From the sequence record LR756502.1: 64,000 bases of DNA; one strand, 5' to 3'. The notes beneath the pieces are model-generated. The model worked only from the letters and a program-made list of their open reading frames with translations. It was not told where the DNA came from and ran no database searches. A program made the position numbers and the translations under genes. This document shows, one piece after another, positions 28,427 to 38,402 of the stretch (positions are counted from its first letter, which is position 1; every line of letters starts with the position of its first letter).

Positions 28427-29146
28427 ATTTTGTATATATTAAACTTTCTATTATTTTTTGATAAAAAGTGTGTGCGTGAATCTTTTAGTGAATATAAAAA
28501 GACAATAGAAAGTAATCTCCTTGGTGTTGATTACTTATATGCTGGTGATGTTATTAAGTCACTTGATAGAAAGGTATATTCTGAAATTAAGTCTAGTCCA
28601 CTTACCTCACCAACATTTATAATTAATTGTATTAAGCAGATATATAAGGATAGCTTTGATAGTATAAAACAAAAGTCAATTGATTTGGTAATACCAACTA
28701 CCACAGGCGAACAACTTGATGTAGTTTATCTGAAATCAAAAATAGATTCTTTTTTTGGATCAAGTAAATATATATTCTCTTCAAAAGAAACTAATAAATT
28801 TATTGGCATAAATAAACCTCTTGATAAAACACGAGGACTACCAGACTACTTTTATCCTATGAAATCCAAATTTGTTTCTGGATCAGATATATACTTCTCA
28901 CCAGAGGTTGAGGAGGAAGATGGTATATATTTTATGTATGTTACTAATAATGCTTTTCAGAGTATGGTATATGTTTTACAAAACATGGAATATGAAATGG
29001 TGGAAAATGATCCGGAGAATGGTGTTATATCTTGGACACATAGTATTACATATCAATTATATGATTGTAAATTTTCTTCTGTTAGGGTTGTAATAAAAAA
29101 TGTATCTAAAATAAGAGATGAAAAAATAAATCAGATATTGTCATGA
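28418..29146 (+). CDS. C-tagged hypothetical protein (true start uncertain, probably downstream)
   Basis: Ends IRDEKINQILS. Confidence 0.65.
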   Translation: MFHILYILNFLLFFDKKCVRESFSEYKKTIESNLLGVDYLYAGDVIKSLDRKVYSEIKSSPLTSPTFIINCIKQIYKDSFDSIKQKSIDLVIPTTTGEQLDVVYLKSKIDSFFGSSKYIFSSKETNKFIGINKPLDKTRGLPDYFYPMKSKFVSGSDIYFSPEVEEEDGIYFMYVTNNAFQSMVYVLQNMEYEMVENDPENGVISWTHSITYQLYDCKFSSVRVVIKNVSKIRDEKINQILS

Positions 29147-29535
29147 TGAAGATTGATATATCAAATGTTGGTAATGGGCATGAATTAAGTGACTATGAGA
29201 TGAATGTTCTCAAGACATCACATTTACGTAGTCGTCTTGATGATATTAACTATAATATGAAAAGTGAATTTAATTACCTTATAGTATCTATGAGTGTGTA
29301 TAATGCTATTGAGTGTAATCCTAGATTTAAACCATCATATACTGAGAAGGTATTTGATGGTCCACACTATATTGGTATGTTTGGAACATTTGAATGTTAT
29401 GTTGATTTATTACTACCATCAAACATGGTTTTAATGCAATATGATAAGCGGATTGCTAGGGATAAAAAAATTGATACTATTCTCAACGATGTTGATGTTG
29501 TAACTGAAGTTGAAGTTACTATTAACGGATTATAG
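29143..29535 (+). CDS. hypothetical protein with near-terminal RDKKIDTIL motif
   Basis: ATGA-coupled to the upstream gene. Confidence 0.7.
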   Translation: MMKIDISNVGNGHELSDYEMNVLKTSHLRSRLDDINYNMKSEFNYLIVSMSVYNAIECNPRFKPSYTEKVFDGPHYIGMFGTFECYVDLLLPSNMVLMQYDKRIARDKKIDTILNDVDVVTEVEVTINGL

Positions 29536-29536
29536 T

Positions 29537-29806
29537 CTATTCTTCATCTTCAACATATCCATAACTATCATAACCATCCCACTTTTTAACAAAGTCTGGT
29601 ATCTCTCTGTGATACTCCACTTCAATTCCAAAATGCTCAAATAACCAAGTCATATATTCTGATCTAAACTCACCATCATTTTCGTGAATACCACCAATAA
29701 CTTCATTATTTTGGTCCCAGAATATTTGACCATAACTAGTACTACAATAGTTTAATACATTTTTTAGTATGAGATTTTCAAGTGTTAATTTTTTTAAATG
29801 TTTCAT
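29537..29806 (-). CDS. hypothetical protein with tag-like start
   Basis: MKHLKKLTLEN begins 1 nt after the DHH gene stop. Confidence 0.65.
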   Translation of the reverse strand: MKHLKKLTLENLILKNVLNYCSTSYGQIFWDQNNEVIGGIHENDGEFRSEYMTWLFEHFGIEVEYHREIPDFVKKWDGYDSYGYVEDEE

Positions 29807-29807
29807 G

Positions 29808-32084
29808 TTATGATGTGTGTTTTGATGGATCATAAGGCTCTACCCAATAGTCTAACCAAGATTCCATTTCTTCGTTTCTAATTTGTTCAGCTTCTTCCTC
29901 ATCAACACCATCCTCATCCATTATCATTTGAGTATCTCTCAAACCATGAAGTCCCTCATAGCTATCATATTCTTCTTGAGCAGCACCATATGCTCTGCTC
30001 TCAGCTTGTTCTTTAGTTCCAGTAAAAACCTCACCTGTGAAGTTTGCACCACCGAATCCACCACCAAGTCCAGCAAATATTGCCCACTTACTAATTTCTT
30101 CCTCATCTGATGCTTCTTTCCAAGAACTAGGAACCATAGGGCCAGTATCTTTATCTGATGCTTCTTTCCAAGAACTAGGAACCATAGGGCCAGTATCTTC
30201 ATCGCTATCACTATCAAAATTTATACCAATGGCTTCGTTTAATTGTTTAAAAGATTCAAACTTAGCTATTATCCTTTTATTTGTATTATCAATAGTCATT
30301 AAGCTTTTTCTATCAGTCCTCATTCCTTTATCAGATCCTGCTTTTATAAAATCTTCCTTTGAAACTGTTGTTGGGTGTCCTTCTTTACTAACTAGTTGGT
30401 ACTCGAAGCTTTCATTTGTATCTTGACCAAGTAATTGAACTCCTTTTGTATCATACTCAACTTCACCACCTTTATTCGCAATATCTATTTTCTGCTTTAG
30501 TGCATTAATAAATTCTTTTGCTATAGATTTTAAAACCTCAGTATATTTGTCTGTGTCATATGCTATCTTAAGCATTTGTTTATTATATTTCATGAAGTTA
30601 ATTCCAGATATATTAGTAATTGATGGGTGTCCACCACTGTTTCTAATTATTAGCTCCCAAACAGGTATTTTTAAATTTTTCAATATCTGTAGGTCACTAT
30701 CTTTCATATTTGAGTGAAGTGTATTCATTGAATCCTCAAGTCCTGATTCTCCTTTGATATCTACTTTAACTATATCCTTACCTTCTTTCTTAAATACACA
30801 ATCAGCATAGAATGCTTGTAGGTCACTGAACTTAAACCCAACACCTTCATATCCTTCACCTTCTGCTTTTTGCATTTGTTTCCAGTCTTGTGATGTTTCA
30901 AATTCATTTTTAATTGATTCTAATGATATATAAAACTTGCTAAGTAATGGTTCATGTTTAGCCAATACCTCTTTTGATATTTCACCAAGGTTAATATCTT
31001 TAAGTTTCTTCTCTTTAAAAGGATTACAAGATACTTGTATAAGGCCCATTGGCCAAACTATAGCTATGAAATTTGCTTCTGGAAAATTCTTAAATGGAAC
31101 ATATCTATCGTAGGATCCTGGCTTGAAAAGTGCTCCCCCACCATATTGTGATATTATATTATAGTCTTCATCATAGTGAACTCCTTTACCAATTTTAGAA
31201 CCACTCTTTGATAGAAACTGATGTCTTCTGTTTGTTGGGTCGTAGTCACTAGCTTCTCCAGTTTCTGGATCCTCTATGAATCTATAAGTCTTCATCTTTT
31301 CGATGTAGCTTGCTAGATTTTCAGCTATTTCTTCCGGTTTTGCTAGAACACCCGATCTATCACTGGTTCTAGCTTCATTAACATAATGTCTAATATTATT
31401 AAACATAGAATATAAACTCGCTGTTGAGTCCAAAACTAAGCACTCTAGTATATTTTTATTTATATGATCTCTCTTACCATCGAGAGATGTAACAGTTATC
31501 CTTTTGTTTTTATATGCTAGTATAAGTCTATTAACAACAAATCCCATCATAAATCTATTCTTTGCTGCAGAATCTTCTCTTTTGTATTTGAATAGAGAGT
31601 TTTGAACATCCTCTGGTTTTATATCATATGTTAGGAAATTTGCAGAGTCAACAGTTCTTATTAATTCGATATCTTGTGGTGTGAATATATCACTATATGA
31701 TATCTCACCAGATATTGTCTCTACATTTGATCTAGCTGGTTTGAAATATGTTGACTTTGTGTCATCTGCTCCTGATTGTTTATCGTGATGATCTGTTGCA
31801 ATTGTAAACATTGGTTTAGAGTGAGCAAAGTCAACAAGACATGCTAAGTTGCCTGGCTTTTTGTTCTTAACCGCATACTCTAACCCACCATATTGAATTA
31901 TATGACAATCAACAGTTTCTATCTGATAGTATGTTCTAAGAAATTCTTTTAATGCCAATGCTGATGCGACACCATCCAAGTCTTTATGAAACCATATTTC
32001 CATAGACTTATGTTCAGCTGCTATTTTTTTAAGATTTTTAAATCCTACTTCTTCATTTATAAATTGTCCATATTTTCTTAGCAT
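29808..32084 (-). CDS. DHH-family phosphoesterase-like multidomain protein, N-tagged
   Basis: FHKDLDGVAS, VDFAH, TDHHD motifs; acidic C-terminal module. Confidence 0.75.
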   Translation of the reverse strand: MLRKYGQFINEEVGFKNLKKIAAEHKSMEIWFHKDLDGVASALALKEFLRTYYQIETVDCHIIQYGGLEYAVKNKKPGNLACLVDFAHSKPMFTIATDHHDKQSGADDTKSTYFKPARSNVETISGEISYSDIFTPQDIELIRTVDSANFLTYDIKPEDVQNSLFKYKREDSAAKNRFMMGFVVNRLILAYKNKRITVTSLDGKRDHINKNILECLVLDSTASLYSMFNNIRHYVNEARTSDRSGVLAKPEEIAENLASYIEKMKTYRFIEDPETGEASDYDPTNRRHQFLSKSGSKIGKGVHYDEDYNIISQYGGGALFKPGSYDRYVPFKNFPEANFIAIVWPMGLIQVSCNPFKEKKLKDINLGEISKEVLAKHEPLLSKFYISLESIKNEFETSQDWKQMQKAEGEGYEGVGFKFSDLQAFYADCVFKKEGKDIVKVDIKGESGLEDSMNTLHSNMKDSDLQILKNLKIPVWELIIRNSGGHPSITNISGINFMKYNKQMLKIAYDTDKYTEVLKSIAKEFINALKQKIDIANKGGEVEYDTKGVQLLGQDTNESFEYQLVSKEGHPTTVSKEDFIKAGSDKGMRTDRKSLMTIDNTNKRIIAKFESFKQLNEAIGINFDSDSDEDTGPMVPSSWKEASDKDTGPMVPSSWKEASDEEEISKWAIFAGLGGGFGGANFTGEVFTGTKEQAESRAYGAAQEEYDSYEGLHGLRDTQMIMDEDGVDEEEAEQIRNEEMESWLDYWVEPYDPSKHTS
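30105..30199. repeat. exact 47-bp direct repeat, 48-bp period, in frame
   Basis: Encodes DTGPMVPSSWKEASD twice. Confidence 0.9.
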
Positions 32085-32560
32085 GTTACTGTATAATTTT
32101 CGTCGCTTTTTCTATATATTAAAATTTTAATCTGACTTCCAAATCGTCCATTATCTCTAACTTCAATTTTTTCTTTACACATAAATAGATTATAATCCTC
32201 CAATCTACTGGATAAAAGGCCTATACACCCCTTATAGATGTTTGTGTCTGTTAATTCTACTGTTATTTTATTTACAAATTCTATATCATCTATTTTAATT
32301 ACTCTAGAATGCATTTCTGGTCTTGATATATTTACTGATAAATATGGTATAAGATCAAACTCAAAACTCCCAGGCATCAAAAGGTCAGTGATGTTCTGTT
32401 TAGTAACTTTTTTTCTGTCAATTGAAAATTTCTTTTTAAAATCAACAGATATTTTCCAACCCTCATCTTCCAGGTCATAGAAACATTCTTTTATCTCTTC
32501 TTCTGTAATACCCATTTGAGTATTCTCTTCAAGATCTTCAAAATATTTTAGATATCTCAT
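32078..32560 (-). CDS. N-tagged DLxDxGF paralog
   Basis: MRYLKYFEDLEE; IKECFYDLEDEGWKISV. Confidence 0.75.
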   Translation of the reverse strand: MRYLKYFEDLEENTQMGITEEEIKECFYDLEDEGWKISVDFKKKFSIDRKKVTKQNITDLLMPGSFEFDLIPYLSVNISRPEMHSRVIKIDDIEFVNKITVELTDTNIYKGCIGLLSSRLEDYNLFMCKEKIEVRDNGRFGSQIKILIYRKSDENYTVTC

Positions 32561-33951
32561 TGTTTTTTTGGTATTGGTTTTCCAAAGGCTTTAATAACTC
32601 CTTTATCAGTTCCTTTTTCACCTTCTTCTTGAAATTTAACATCAAAGAAATTATCATCATCTCCAACTATTTTAACATCAGAGTCCATTGTTGCGTATGG
32701 TCCTAGCTTACCGGATCTGAATACACCACCATACATATCTCCATTCATGTACCCGTTCATAACATAACATCCTGTTAGTGTTGCTGACTCTACTCTACAG
32801 TTTAATACCTTTGAGTTATTAACTTCTGAATTCTCAACACCACATTTTGTTATTTGTGAATTTGTTATTTGACATCCAGTAAAGTATGAATCATCTATAA
32901 TTCCTTCAATTTTACAATTAACAAATTCATATCCACTTATGTTTGATGTTGATTTAATATTAGCATCAACTACTTCCATTCTCTGTGTTGATGTTACATA
33001 GTTTATTAAACACTCTTTTAAGTCTGAAGTACCATCTATTAGATTGTATAGTTTATTGTATACCTTTGAGTAGTATGCTGATATTGTATCATAGTTATTA
33101 TCCTGATCTATTTGGATCTGTATGGTTGGAAACTCAACTATGAAGTTATCATACTTTGAAAAATTCTTGAACAATGAAATATGCTCCTCCAAGTACTGTT
33201 CCAATCTATCAGCGTCTTCGGCATCAAATGGTACATCAATACAATCATAAACATTTATGATAAATCTATCCATAAAGTATAGTAATTGACCTATACTTTG
33301 CTCATAGTTTTTACCACCAATATATCTAAACTCCAGCCTCTGGCTTTCCTTCTCATTATTTATATTAACAAAATTTATACCATAGTACTTATCACTTGGT
33401 AGTCTCATATTGTTTTTTATTGTATCAATTGGGATATTGAAAAAGTCATATTCTTTATAGGGTATAATCTTTTTTACAGACTTAGCATACACATTATCTT
33501 TTCTGGATGGATAGTATCTGTATATTTCATCCTCATCGGTTCTAAGTATCAATTTAAGTAAGTTTAAATCATTTAGATTCTTCTCACCATCAAAGGATAT
33601 ATTGAAGTGTATTGATGATTTCTCACTTGTATATCCATGTTTCTGTATAAATTTAGCAATCTTAACTAGGTAATACTTAGCGTCATAATAACCCAATGGT
33701 CCTGTCACCAACTCAACCATATTAGCTCCACCGGAAAGATCCGGTTCAATTTTGAAGTTCTTATCATCTGGTATAAAGTCTGAGTGATATTGTCTAAATC
33801 CCCAAACCTTAACTGGTGCTAAATCCTGATTCAATAATTCCAATGTTTTATAGAAAGATAAATCCTTCATATAGAACTCGAACTCAAATCCAATTTTCGC
33901 ATTTTTTAATTTTCCTGACTGGTTTAGAAATTTTTCAGAATATTTCTTCAT
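32557..33951 (-). CDS. putative amidoligase (COOH-NH2 ligase type) with C-terminal beta-helix-like repeats
   Basis: IGFEFEF, IEPDLSGG..VELVTGP, SIHFNIS, KYYGINF, RLEFRYIGG; five-residue periodic tail. Confidence 0.75.
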   Translation of the reverse strand: MKKYSEKFLNQSGKLKNAKIGFEFEFYMKDLSFYKTLELLNQDLAPVKVWGFRQYHSDFIPDDKNFKIEPDLSGGANMVELVTGPLGYYDAKYYLVKIAKFIQKHGYTSEKSSIHFNISFDGEKNLNDLNLLKLILRTDEDEIYRYYPSRKDNVYAKSVKKIIPYKEYDFFNIPIDTIKNNMRLPSDKYYGINFVNINNEKESQRLEFRYIGGKNYEQSIGQLLYFMDRFIINVYDCIDVPFDAEDADRLEQYLEEHISLFKNFSKYDNFIVEFPTIQIQIDQDNNYDTISAYYSKVYNKLYNLIDGTSDLKECLINYVTSTQRMEVVDANIKSTSNISGYEFVNCKIEGIIDDSYFTGCQITNSQITKCGVENSEVNNSKVLNCRVESATLTGCYVMNGYMNGDMYGGVFRSGKLGPYATMDSDVKIVGDDDNFFDVKFQEEGEKGTDKGVIKAFGKPIPKKQ

Positions 33952-33989
33952 GAAGTATATATTAATTTGGTTAATTCGATTTAAATAAA

Positions 33990-34634
33990 TTAAAATTTAT
34001 TTCCAGAACCACCGCCACCAAAGTTACCGCCTCCTAGGCTTTTTACTCCAAAAATATAAATATCACTTCCGATATCATCACATATGTATTTGTTAATATT
34101 ATCATCAGATACGGTAAATTCTTCTCCATCCTTATGTCCTTTATTGACAATTATATAATCAATTGATGATAGGAATTTCCCTTCATAGATTATGTAGGTT
34201 TTTGTTTCCTCATAAATATCCAGATCAGATAGTTTTACATTTGTTGATCCAGAGAATTTTTTACCAGTAGCAAACACACCACTTTCAAAAAATTTAGTAT
34301 CATACCATATTTCACTAACACCATCTGGTATGGTAACACAATTATGTGTTACTGTGTGTGAGCTTTTACCACTCCCCTCCCTCGTGTCCCACGATGCTGA
34401 TATTATACCATCTGTGCTTATATTTAGGTCGAATCCCTCACCATCTGCACTTAGTGAGTATTGTTTGAATGGTGTACTTGATATAACCTCAGTATCATGT
34501 AGATTAGCCTTATCATGATCTTCTATCATACCATAAATGCCAGCAGCACCAATAGCACCAATAGCACCACCTACTAAGGCATTTCTAAAGCTTATTTCTT
34601 CATTATGTTGCTTGTATGTTTTAATATTTCTCAT
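33990..34634 (-). CDS. N-tagged single-TM protein with Gly-rich C-terminus
   Basis: MRNIKTYKQHNEE; ALVGGAIGAIGAAGIYGMI; ends GGGNFGGGGSGNKF. Confidence 0.7.
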   Translation of the reverse strand: MRNIKTYKQHNEEISFRNALVGGAIGAIGAAGIYGMIEDHDKANLHDTEVISSTPFKQYSLSADGEGFDLNISTDGIISASWDTREGSGKSSHTVTHNCVTIPDGVSEIWYDTKFFESGVFATGKKFSGSTNVKLSDLDIYEETKTYIIYEGKFLSSIDYIIVNKGHKDGEEFTVSDDNINKYICDDIGSDIYIFGVKSLGGGNFGGGGSGNKF

Positions 34635-34695
34635 TGTGATATATATTAATTTGTAAAATAAAAATTATGATCAAATTTTTAATATATATAGTACT

Positions 34696-36024
34696 ATGAG
34701 AATTACCGATTTCAAAAAGTTTGAAGCAATATCACCATCTCAGTTCAGACCATACATGAATGTGTGGACTGAGGATCCATTATTGAGAGATAGGTATAAA
34801 GATATTTTCGAAACATATAAGAAAAAGTTTAGTGGTGATAAGAATGCTTATAGAATATACTTACCCTTGGTTGAGGAAATTAAAAAGTCTGAAACTGAAA
34901 TTGAAATTACTGGTTTTTTAGATAAGGCTGGTTATGATATTATTGATTATATTGCCGGTCAAGCAAAATTTAGAGGAGCTAGAAATCCTAAAAGAATAGG
35001 TCAGGTAATAACTGGTCTTGAGAGAAATGCTACACCGGAAGAGAAGTTAGCTCTTAAGGACTTGATGAAAAAGTTCATTGAGGATCCAAATAGAAAGCAA
35101 GGAGCAGCTTCAAAATACTTGGTTTGTATATCAAGACATCCTTATGATATTGCTGGTGCTGATACTAATAGAAAGTGGGAAAATTGCATGACATTGGGTA
35201 CTGAGAATGGAAATCATCACTATCTTATACATGATGTTAAAGAGGGATCATTAGTTGGATACTTAATAGAGAAGGATGATAAGAATATTAAAGACCCAAT
35301 TGCTAATTGTGCGATTAAACCATATTTAAATGTTGATGATGAGTCTGATGTTATTTTAGTAAGAGATCCAAAAACATACCCACAACCATATCCAGATTTT
35401 GAAAGAACTGTTACAAATTGGTTGGATGAGGTTAATGGTGGTAAGCAAGGTATTTATTGTTTGAATTCAAAATTATATAATGATAATAGACTTAATAATA
35501 AGATAGTTACTGTTAGGGATATGAATCCAGAAATAATAAAAAAGATTGCTAAAGTTTATGGAATTAAGCTTAGAAACTTAATAATAAATGATGATATGAG
35601 TATCGATGTAAAGGGTGATGTTGATTTATCGGATAGGGTACTGACTAAATTTCCATTGGTGTTTAATCGAGTATTTGGTAATTTTAGAGCCACTGATAAT
35701 AATTTAACAACATTGGAAGGATCTCCTTGTATTGTTGATGGTGACTTTTTGGTTTATAATAATAAGTTAGAATCTTTGAAAGGTGGTCCTACTAAGGTTG
35801 GTGGTGAGTATTCAATATCCACTAATAATTTAAAGTCTTTGGATCATTGCCCTACTGAAGTAGGTTCTCATTTTGATATGTCATTTAATAAAAATTTATC
35901 TCACATTAGAAGAGCTGATGTTACTTGTCAGATTGGTGATAAATTTGTAAACAGAGGAGCGGATGACACCGACTCATATACCTATGAAGGAATGAAATAC
36001 CTTCGTAATTTCAAAAATTTCTAG
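34696..36024 (+). CDS. N-tagged protein with C-terminal leucine-rich solenoid repeats
   Basis: Repeats NNLTTLEGSP/NKLESLKGGP/NNLKSLDHCP with ~22-aa period; ends MKYLRNFKNF. Confidence 0.75.
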   Translation: MRITDFKKFEAISPSQFRPYMNVWTEDPLLRDRYKDIFETYKKKFSGDKNAYRIYLPLVEEIKKSETEIEITGFLDKAGYDIIDYIAGQAKFRGARNPKRIGQVITGLERNATPEEKLALKDLMKKFIEDPNRKQGAASKYLVCISRHPYDIAGADTNRKWENCMTLGTENGNHHYLIHDVKEGSLVGYLIEKDDKNIKDPIANCAIKPYLNVDDESDVILVRDPKTYPQPYPDFERTVTNWLDEVNGGKQGIYCLNSKLYNDNRLNNKIVTVRDMNPEIIKKIAKVYGIKLRNLIINDDMSIDVKGDVDLSDRVLTKFPLVFNRVFGNFRATDNNLTTLEGSPCIVDGDFLVYNNKLESLKGGPTKVGGEYSISTNNLKSLDHCPTEVGSHFDMSFNKNLSHIRRADVTCQIGDKFVNRGADDTDSYTYEGMKYLRNFKNF

Positions 36025-36101
36025 GGTTCCTATAAATAAAAGGAGGAAAGGATATTGTTTTTATATATATTTTTAATTACTAAAAAAATTAAAGTATATC
36101 T

Positions 36102-36491
36102 GTGGAGTTTTTCTGTGTCTATTGTAAAACAAGAAAGAAGTTCGATAAATTTGTAAAAATAAATCGAGTTAAGAATAAATACATAATTGATATTAAGAAG
36201 ATAGTTGACGAAGAGGAAGTTGACTTTAATGACGACCGAACATATTTAAAGATATTAATTTTTAACAAAATCCAACAAGCAATAGACAAGAAAAAGGACA
36301 TATACTACATACCCGATTTCGATAATGAATTCTCAATAGAAAAACTTCTTAACCTTAAAAAAATACTCGGTGAGAATAACTTCAATGTTCTAATATTTTA
36401 TAATGAATTTAGAAGAAGTCCAGAAGTAATTGATGATGTCTTCAGTAATTTATCAAAGTTTTCCAACTCACAAATCATTAGAGATTACTAA
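36102..36491 (+). CDS. hypothetical protein (GTG start)
   Basis: Fills the gap before the structural cluster. Confidence 0.6.
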   Translation: MEFFCVYCKTRKKFDKFVKINRVKNKYIIDIKKIVDEEEVDFNDDRTYLKILIFNKIQQAIDKKKDIYYIPDFDNEFSIEKLLNLKKILGENNFNVLIFYNEFRRSPEVIDDVFSNLSKFSNSQIIRDY

Positions 36492-36524
36492 TCTTTTAAT
36501 ATATACAAAAAAGATTATTAATAA

Positions 36525-38399
36525 ATGTCTCAATTAAATGCTTCTCCTTTAGGATTAACACTTGACACTTTAAGTAATGCTAAATCTGGAGTAGCTGGAT
36601 ATGGTGAAGGTGTTGATATACCATCGAGATTTAATAATCCAAATAGTAATACTATTGTTTTTACCCCTTGGCCTGAAGGTCCAATGGATGATAAAGGAGT
36701 TCCCGCTAAAAGAAGAAGTATACATAGTGATGATATCTATGATGTTAGATTAAAAAACATTATAGATATAAGCGATAGTCTATTTACAATTGATAAATCC
36801 GGTAATACTATTTTTCCTACTAAATTAAAAGCTATGGATTTTGCATACTTAAAAAATGTTGGTGTATTTCCAAATAATAGATTAATGATTGCTAGAAGAT
36901 ATGCTGCTCCGGTAGTGGATGATCCTACTTCTATTAAACAAAGTCCAATATCAACAATGATATCTTGGGTACCTGATGGTGAAGATTTTTTGAAGTTTGA
37001 TTTTGGTGAGGGTTGGGAGGATGCTGAGGCTGACTTTACTGAGATATTTAACAGTGTTGGTAAGGACGCGATGGGTTCGATGGGTGAGAAGTTGGGTGGA
37101 TATCTTGGTGGAGGTGGAGGAGCTATACCACTTCCTGGATTTTCTGAGGGACTTCAAAGAAAACTAATGGTTAAGCTTGGTCTTGCTGCTGAGGGATCTG
37201 ATGATTATATACCATCAGGTGAACCTAATTTAATAAAGCAAGCCAAGATTAGAAAGCTAATTGGTCCTGGTAAAGCTGGATCATCTCTTGATGCCTCTGT
37301 TTCTATTAAGATGGTTTGTGAGTGGGAACAAAAATTCCTTGCTGGAATTGATCCAAGTATTGCTTGGATGGATATTCTAAACACTGTTTTAAAGTTCGGG
37401 ACATCTCCAGCTAAATTTTACTTGGGTAAAGGTGGTGGTGCAAATATGGATAAGGTTAGAAAGTTTATTGAAGATATGACCAATAAGCCACTTGAGACAC
37501 TAACAAGGATACTAACCGAATTGGCATCAAGTATTGGTGATATTATTAAAACAATAGTTAATGCATTAAATGGAGAAGAGGATAAAAAAGAGGATAATTC
37601 TGATAAATTAGATAACACTAAATTGACCGAGATACTAAAAACTGGGTTAACAAGTGTACTAAAGACAGTTGCTAAGAAATATCAGATTAGACTAATTGGT
37701 GTTATTAATGCATTGACTGGTGCTGCTTCTACACCTTGGCATATTACAATTGGTAATCCAATGAGACCAATATTTTGTAGTGGTGATATGTTGGTTGAAA
37801 AGGTTGATGTAACATTAGGAACTGAATTGGCTTTTAATGATTTACCATCAACAATAAAGGCGGAGTTTACATTAAAGAATGCTAGACCACTTGGGATGGA
37901 TGAGATATTATCTAAGTTTAATGTTGGATATATGAGAACTGTTACAGTTAAAAAAGACTTATATACTTCTCAAGTGGATTCTGATTTTATATCACCTGAT
38001 GATCAAACAGCACCTAGAAGTGGTACTCAGAGCCCATCAATAACAAGTATAGGTGGTCAAAGTGTTCAAAATGCGAACTTTGAAAGTGGAGGTGGTGTTT
38101 CAAATATAGATAGTGGATCTCCAGGCACTGGGTTCTCTGGCACCGGTACATCTGGTGAATCTAGAGCAGGTAACGAAAGTGATGCTATAAATCCAGATGC
38201 TAATTCAACCGATCCTTTAACATCGGAGACTCCCGTTCCTGAGTCTAAATATACATATACTGTTAATTCTGCTGGTCCACAGAAATGGGTTGTTGCTACT
38301 GATAGCAATGGAACTGTCGTGTATACCGGAAACAAGAGTTTTACCGCTACTCCATCTCAACTAATAGATGAGGCGAAAATATCTTTAAATGATAAATAA
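36525..38399 (+). CDS. putative baseplate/tail-tube-associated structural protein
   Basis: Heads the baseplate cluster; beta-rich PWHITIGNP...AEFTLKNARP segment; TAATATATA upstream. Confidence 0.5.
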   Translation: MSQLNASPLGLTLDTLSNAKSGVAGYGEGVDIPSRFNNPNSNTIVFTPWPEGPMDDKGVPAKRRSIHSDDIYDVRLKNIIDISDSLFTIDKSGNTIFPTKLKAMDFAYLKNVGVFPNNRLMIARRYAAPVVDDPTSIKQSPISTMISWVPDGEDFLKFDFGEGWEDAEADFTEIFNSVGKDAMGSMGEKLGGYLGGGGGAIPLPGFSEGLQRKLMVKLGLAAEGSDDYIPSGEPNLIKQAKIRKLIGPGKAGSSLDASVSIKMVCEWEQKFLAGIDPSIAWMDILNTVLKFGTSPAKFYLGKGGGANMDKVRKFIEDMTNKPLETLTRILTELASSIGDIIKTIVNALNGEEDKKEDNSDKLDNTKLTEILKTGLTSVLKTVAKKYQIRLIGVINALTGAASTPWHITIGNPMRPIFCSGDMLVEKVDVTLGTELAFNDLPSTIKAEFTLKNARPLGMDEILSKFNVGYMRTVTVKKDLYTSQVDSDFISPDDQTAPRSGTQSPSITSIGGQSVQNANFESGGGVSNIDSGSPGTGFSGTGTSGESRAGNESDAINPDANSTDPLTSETPVPESKYTYTVNSAGPQKWVVATDSNGTVVYTGNKSFTATPSQLIDEAKISLNDK

Positions 38400-38402
38400 A
38401 TT

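Noticed and set aside
30105-30199. CRISPR-like repeat
   Set aside because: Only two adjacent copies, no spacer, in frame within a CDS.
549-32560. Diversity-generating retroelement behind the paralog family
   Set aside because: No reverse transcriptase and no nucleotide-level TR/VR pair; similarity is only at the protein motif level.
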